Shown piece by piece: positions 61,145 to 64,000 of a DNA stretch of 64,000 nucleotides. This DNA is from a virus, in the IMG/VR virus record IMGVR_UViG_3300025701_000007, positions 11,694-75,693 of that record. One strand, given 5' to 3'. How positions within the stretch are numbered: position 1 is the stretch's first letter; the number at the start of each line of letters is the position of its first letter. The notes beneath the pieces were generated by a model. It was given only the letters and a program-made list of their open reading frames with translations, was not told the origin of the DNA and did not search any database. Position numbers and translations under genes: made by a program.

Positions 61145-64000
61145 ATGTCATATAATATAACTCCTATCACGCTTAAGGGTAAACTATCTACGATGGTAGG
61201 TAAACAACTTTATGGTGAGAACGACGGTTCTGGTTTACAGAACCAGTACCAAACATACACGGTAACAATAAATACTATAGGAAGTCAAGGTCATTCAGAC
61301 GCTTCTACTAGAGAACCTTTATTATATAACGGTTTAGATGTACAAAGTGGTATGTTTTTATCCGATGATGGTGGTAATACTATATTAAAAATTATATCTA
61401 TATCAAGTAAATCAGAAACAGGTATAGTATGTATTTGTGAGGATGTTGACATGATGTCCTTCAGATTGAATAACATTAATAGTATATCCGAATCTGCTGA
61501 TGTAGTTATATTCGGTTTAAACCCTGAAGGTGAACCAATAATTATTGGTTCACCATTCCTAAGAGGTTCTGTTGATAAAGTACAATCTAGATTCAATTTA
61601 AATGAGAGAGATGATAGACTTAAGTTCTCACACGACTCAGCTCCTTCAGTAGACCTGGGTGACATAGTTACCATAGATTCTAACGGTAATCTAGTCAAGT
61701 ACGGTACCACAGGTACTTCAGAGTTAAGAGTTGGGGTTGTAATTAATAAATTAAGAAACGGTAAGGATGTAATATTAAAACCTTTTAATGATGTAGTCAG
61801 AGATTTTGGTAAACCAGAAGATTTGTTAGGTAACACAGCTGGTACTTATTATACTGATATAAACTCTGAGGGGAGTATAACCACTTCTGAAGGCGGTAAA
61901 GCCACTTTCTTACAATTGAATAGTGCTGTACCAACAACTCAGGTAATAACATCAACCACTCAACCAACTTCAGGAGATACAGTTACTATAAACGGTGTTA
62001 CAGTATTTAACGGACCTAACGGTGATTCAGTAGCTGATGCAACAGCATTAAGTGGGTTAATAAACACTTTCACATCAGAAACAAACGTTAGTTCCTCTAT
62101 AGAATCAGACCCAGCTATCGTTGACGCTGAAAATAATTCCTTAGCTTACGCTGGATCATGGGGTGAGAATGATATATTTATACCTTTAAATTCGGCAGGT
62201 GGAGCGCCACCAGCTAATTATCCAGAGATAACTATCTCTGATGGTAATAATACTGCAAATGTAGTTTTTGATACCTCAGACGAAACAATTTTAATAGGGT
62301 CACCGTATGAGGTGATTTCCCCAGCTGGTGTAGCTTCCGCTATACAAGCCGTGATTACGGCTAACAATCTAGATATTATTGTTGAATTATATTCTTCAGA
62401 TTCGCATAATGGTTTGGCCGTAAGGTTAACAACTACTGGATCTGCTACTGGTATAACATTAACGAACGTAACCGCAGATCCTTTCGGGGGTAGCGTTGTT
62501 GGTAATTCTAGTTCTACGGGTATAGAGTTATCAGGTTCATTAGGTACACCTAGTTTAACGCTAACCAGAAATTCTGGTGGTTCTATAGAGATTGGTGGTT
62601 CACCAATATCTGGTGGTTACATAAACCAAGGTGGGGTGGTATCATCCAACTCTGGTAGAATACCATATCTATTATTACTAGAATCAACTGGTGCCTCAGG
62701 AGAATCTGGAACCTCTGGTATTGATGGTACTTCAGGTATTGACGGTACTTCGGGAGAATCTGGTACTTCAGGTATTGATGGTACTTCAGGAGAATCTGGA
62801 ACCTCTGGTGTAGATGGTCTAGATGGTGTATCCAGCGGAAGAACTTACTATTTCAATAATTCGGTTATAGAAGTAGGTGGTATTAAACAATTATCTACGG
62901 AACCAACTTCAGCTTCCGAAAGTACAACTTCAGAGTTGATACTAAAAAATGCAGAAGGTATAGTAGATTCTTATATATCAGAACCATTCGATTTCACTAA
63001 AATACCAGGTGGTGTTCAGAGATTTTATGTTTGGGGTACAAAACCAAACGAAGGTGATCACATAGAGTTGTATGTGAGATTAAGTGTTACCGACAATGCT
63101 GGTAACCTTTTAGTCGTTGCTGGTGACTCACAACCTGTTGATATGGGTTGGAATAATAATTCATCAACACCAGTTGAACACTTTGTTGATATAACGTTCC
63201 CAACAACAAATGTTGAGATAGGTCAAAGGATGTTGGTTGAGATATACGCAGTCAACCTAGACAACCAAGACCATACAGTATCGATATACACAGAAGGTAC
63301 TTCACACTATTCATATGTTATAACTAGCGTTGGCGTTGATTACGTAAACACTACCGTTACTGGTTTAACTATAAACAACACTGTTTTAGAGGTAGGTAGT
63401 AGTGATGGTTCATCGGTTAATTTAGATTTAAACCCTACAGATAGTACGCAAGTTAAAGACGGAGTTACGACTCATGGGTATGTCTTTATAGATGAAACTA
63501 ACTTCACAGCACAACCATTTAACGCTGTTTTTGATACTAGCTCTAAAATAGAAACAACTATGTTCCATGAGTTAGATATAAACGATTTTGATTCGAAACT
63601 AACCTATGTAGTATTAGATGTAGTTAATTTAACTTCAACCAATAATTACATAGTATTACTACCATCATTCAACCCAACAAACGACGAATCTAGGGTCATT
63701 AGGTTTTTAACTAAAAGAAATAATCTAGAGAATAAAAATGATCTTTGTTTCGCTAGTAAGTGGGTGTCTAACGGTACGGTTGATAGAATCATATCAACAA
63801 ATCTAAAAACTAAACTACAGGATGCTGGGTTCTTTTACCCTCTAGAGAGTGTAGAGTCTACCGATTTATTATATGATGGTTCAGATTGGTTAGTGAATAA
63901 CGTACAAAAACAAGGTTATATCTCATACCAACCAGTAAACTACTTACTAGATGGTGATAACGGTACATCTGGACAATATAAAAATAGAGACCTAGAAGAC
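61145..64000 (+). CDS. Large fibre/structural protein (>952 aa, runs off the window; missing from the ORF track)
   Basis: ATG 61145 ([12 protein letters not shown]...); no stop in the stretches I translated, and the frame is still open at 64000; contains a Gly-X-Y block. Confidence 0.8.
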   Translation, partial: MSYNITPITLKGKLSTMVGKQLYGENDGSGLQNQYQTYTVTINTIGSQGHSDASTREPLLYNGLDVQSGMFLSDDGGNTILKIISISSKSETGIVCICEDVDMMSFRLNNINSISESADVVIFGLNPEGEPIIIGSPFLRGSVDKVQSRFNLNERDDRLKFSHDSAPSVDLGDIVTIDSNGNLVKYGTTGTSELRVGVVINKLRNGKDVILKPFNDVVRDFGKPEDLLGNTAGTYYTDINSEGSITTSEGGKATFLQLNSAVPTTQVITSTTQPTSGDTVTINGVTVFNGPNGDSVADATALSGLINTFTSETNVSSSIESDPAIVDAENNSLAYAGSWGENDIFIPLNSAGGAPPANYPEITISDGNNTANVVFDTSDETILIGSPYEVISPAGVASAIQAVITANNLDIIVELYSSDSHNGLAVRLTTTGSATGITLTNVTADPFGGSVVGNSSSTGIELSGSLGTPSLTLTRNSGGSIEIGGSPISGGYINQGGVVSSNSGRIPYLLLLESTGASGESGTSGIDGTSGIDGTSGESGTSGIDGTSGESGTSGVDGLDGVSSGRTYYFNNSVIEVGGIKQLSTEPTSASESTTSELILKNAEGIVDSYISEPFDFTKIPGGVQRFYVWGTKPNEGDHIELYVRLSVTDNAGNLLVVAGDSQPVDMGWNNNSSTPVEHFVDITFPTTNVEIGQRMLVEIYAVNLDNQDHTVSIYTEGTSHYSYVITSVGVDYVNTTVTGLTINNTVLEVGSSDGSSVNLDLNPTDSTQVKDGVTTHGYVFIDETNFTAQPFNAVFDTSSKIETTMFHELDINDFDSKLTYVVLDVVNLTSTNNYIVLLPSFNPTNDESRVIRFLTKRNNLENKNDLCFASKWVSNGTVDRIISTNLKTKLQDAGFFYPLESVESTDLLYDGSDWLVNNVQKQGYISYQPVNYLLDGDNGTSGQYKNRDLED
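62690..62833 (+). repeat. Gly-X-Y repeat block 3 (16 triplets)
   Basis: [15 protein letters not shown]... in frame with 61145. Confidence 0.85.

Noticed and set aside
61291-61836. 181-aa - strand ORF
   Set aside because: It is antisense to the long + strand ORF starting at 61145, which the track missed because it has no stop in the window.
58690-62833. Repeats as a CRISPR array or DGR template/variable pair
   Set aside because: The repeats are in-frame 9-nt coding units with synonymous variation; there are no spacers, cas genes or reverse transcriptase.
1-64000. Stop-codon reassignment (TAG or TGA), as in some Bacteroidota phages
   Set aside because: Genes are full length in code 11; TAG (2760, 48044, 57460) and TGA end genes at sensible boundaries; the primase TAG at 38006 is followed by AAG TAA, so readthrough would not rescue it.

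Overview
This is a 64-kb segment of a large, AT-rich (roughly 30-33% GC by eye) dsDNA myovirus-like phage, probably jumbo-sized, read in the standard code. All but one credible gene lie on the + strand. The host is very likely Bacteroidota/Flavobacteriia: there are TTG-N19/20-TAnnTTYR promoters, A-rich leaders without Shine-Dalgarno sites, and Bacteroidota-type ClpP, sigma factor and nrdB-nrdA. Gene order: virion muralytic protein; small late genes; replication/recombination block (gp32-like SSB, RecA/UvsX, 5'-3' exonuclease, DnaB-like helicase, NrdB, NrdA); a ~24-kb baseplate/tail block (gp25-like, gp6-like, a 2474-aa protein, tail-collar-like paralogues); RuvC-like resolvase and primase (each split by a 1-nt frameshift); a dead PD-(D/E)XK nuclease; SbcD/SbcC; a sigma factor; a late operon with membrane proteins, an ArdC-metallopeptidase and a dead amidase; acidic late proteins; a methyltransferase cluster; ClpP; and two collagen-like fibre proteins. 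Most notable: (1) a circularly permuted M23 peptidase with all Zn/catalytic residues intact, fused to a tail lysozyme; (2) a set of genes behind a TATTTATW motif whose proteins share short terminal peptides ending in [ILV]-x-E, suggesting a capsid-loading/processing system whose cargo may include an ArdC-type protein; (3) two apparent pseudoenzymes; (4) an SbcD C-terminal domain apparently moved onto SbcC. Family assignments come from motif recognition only; no searches were run.
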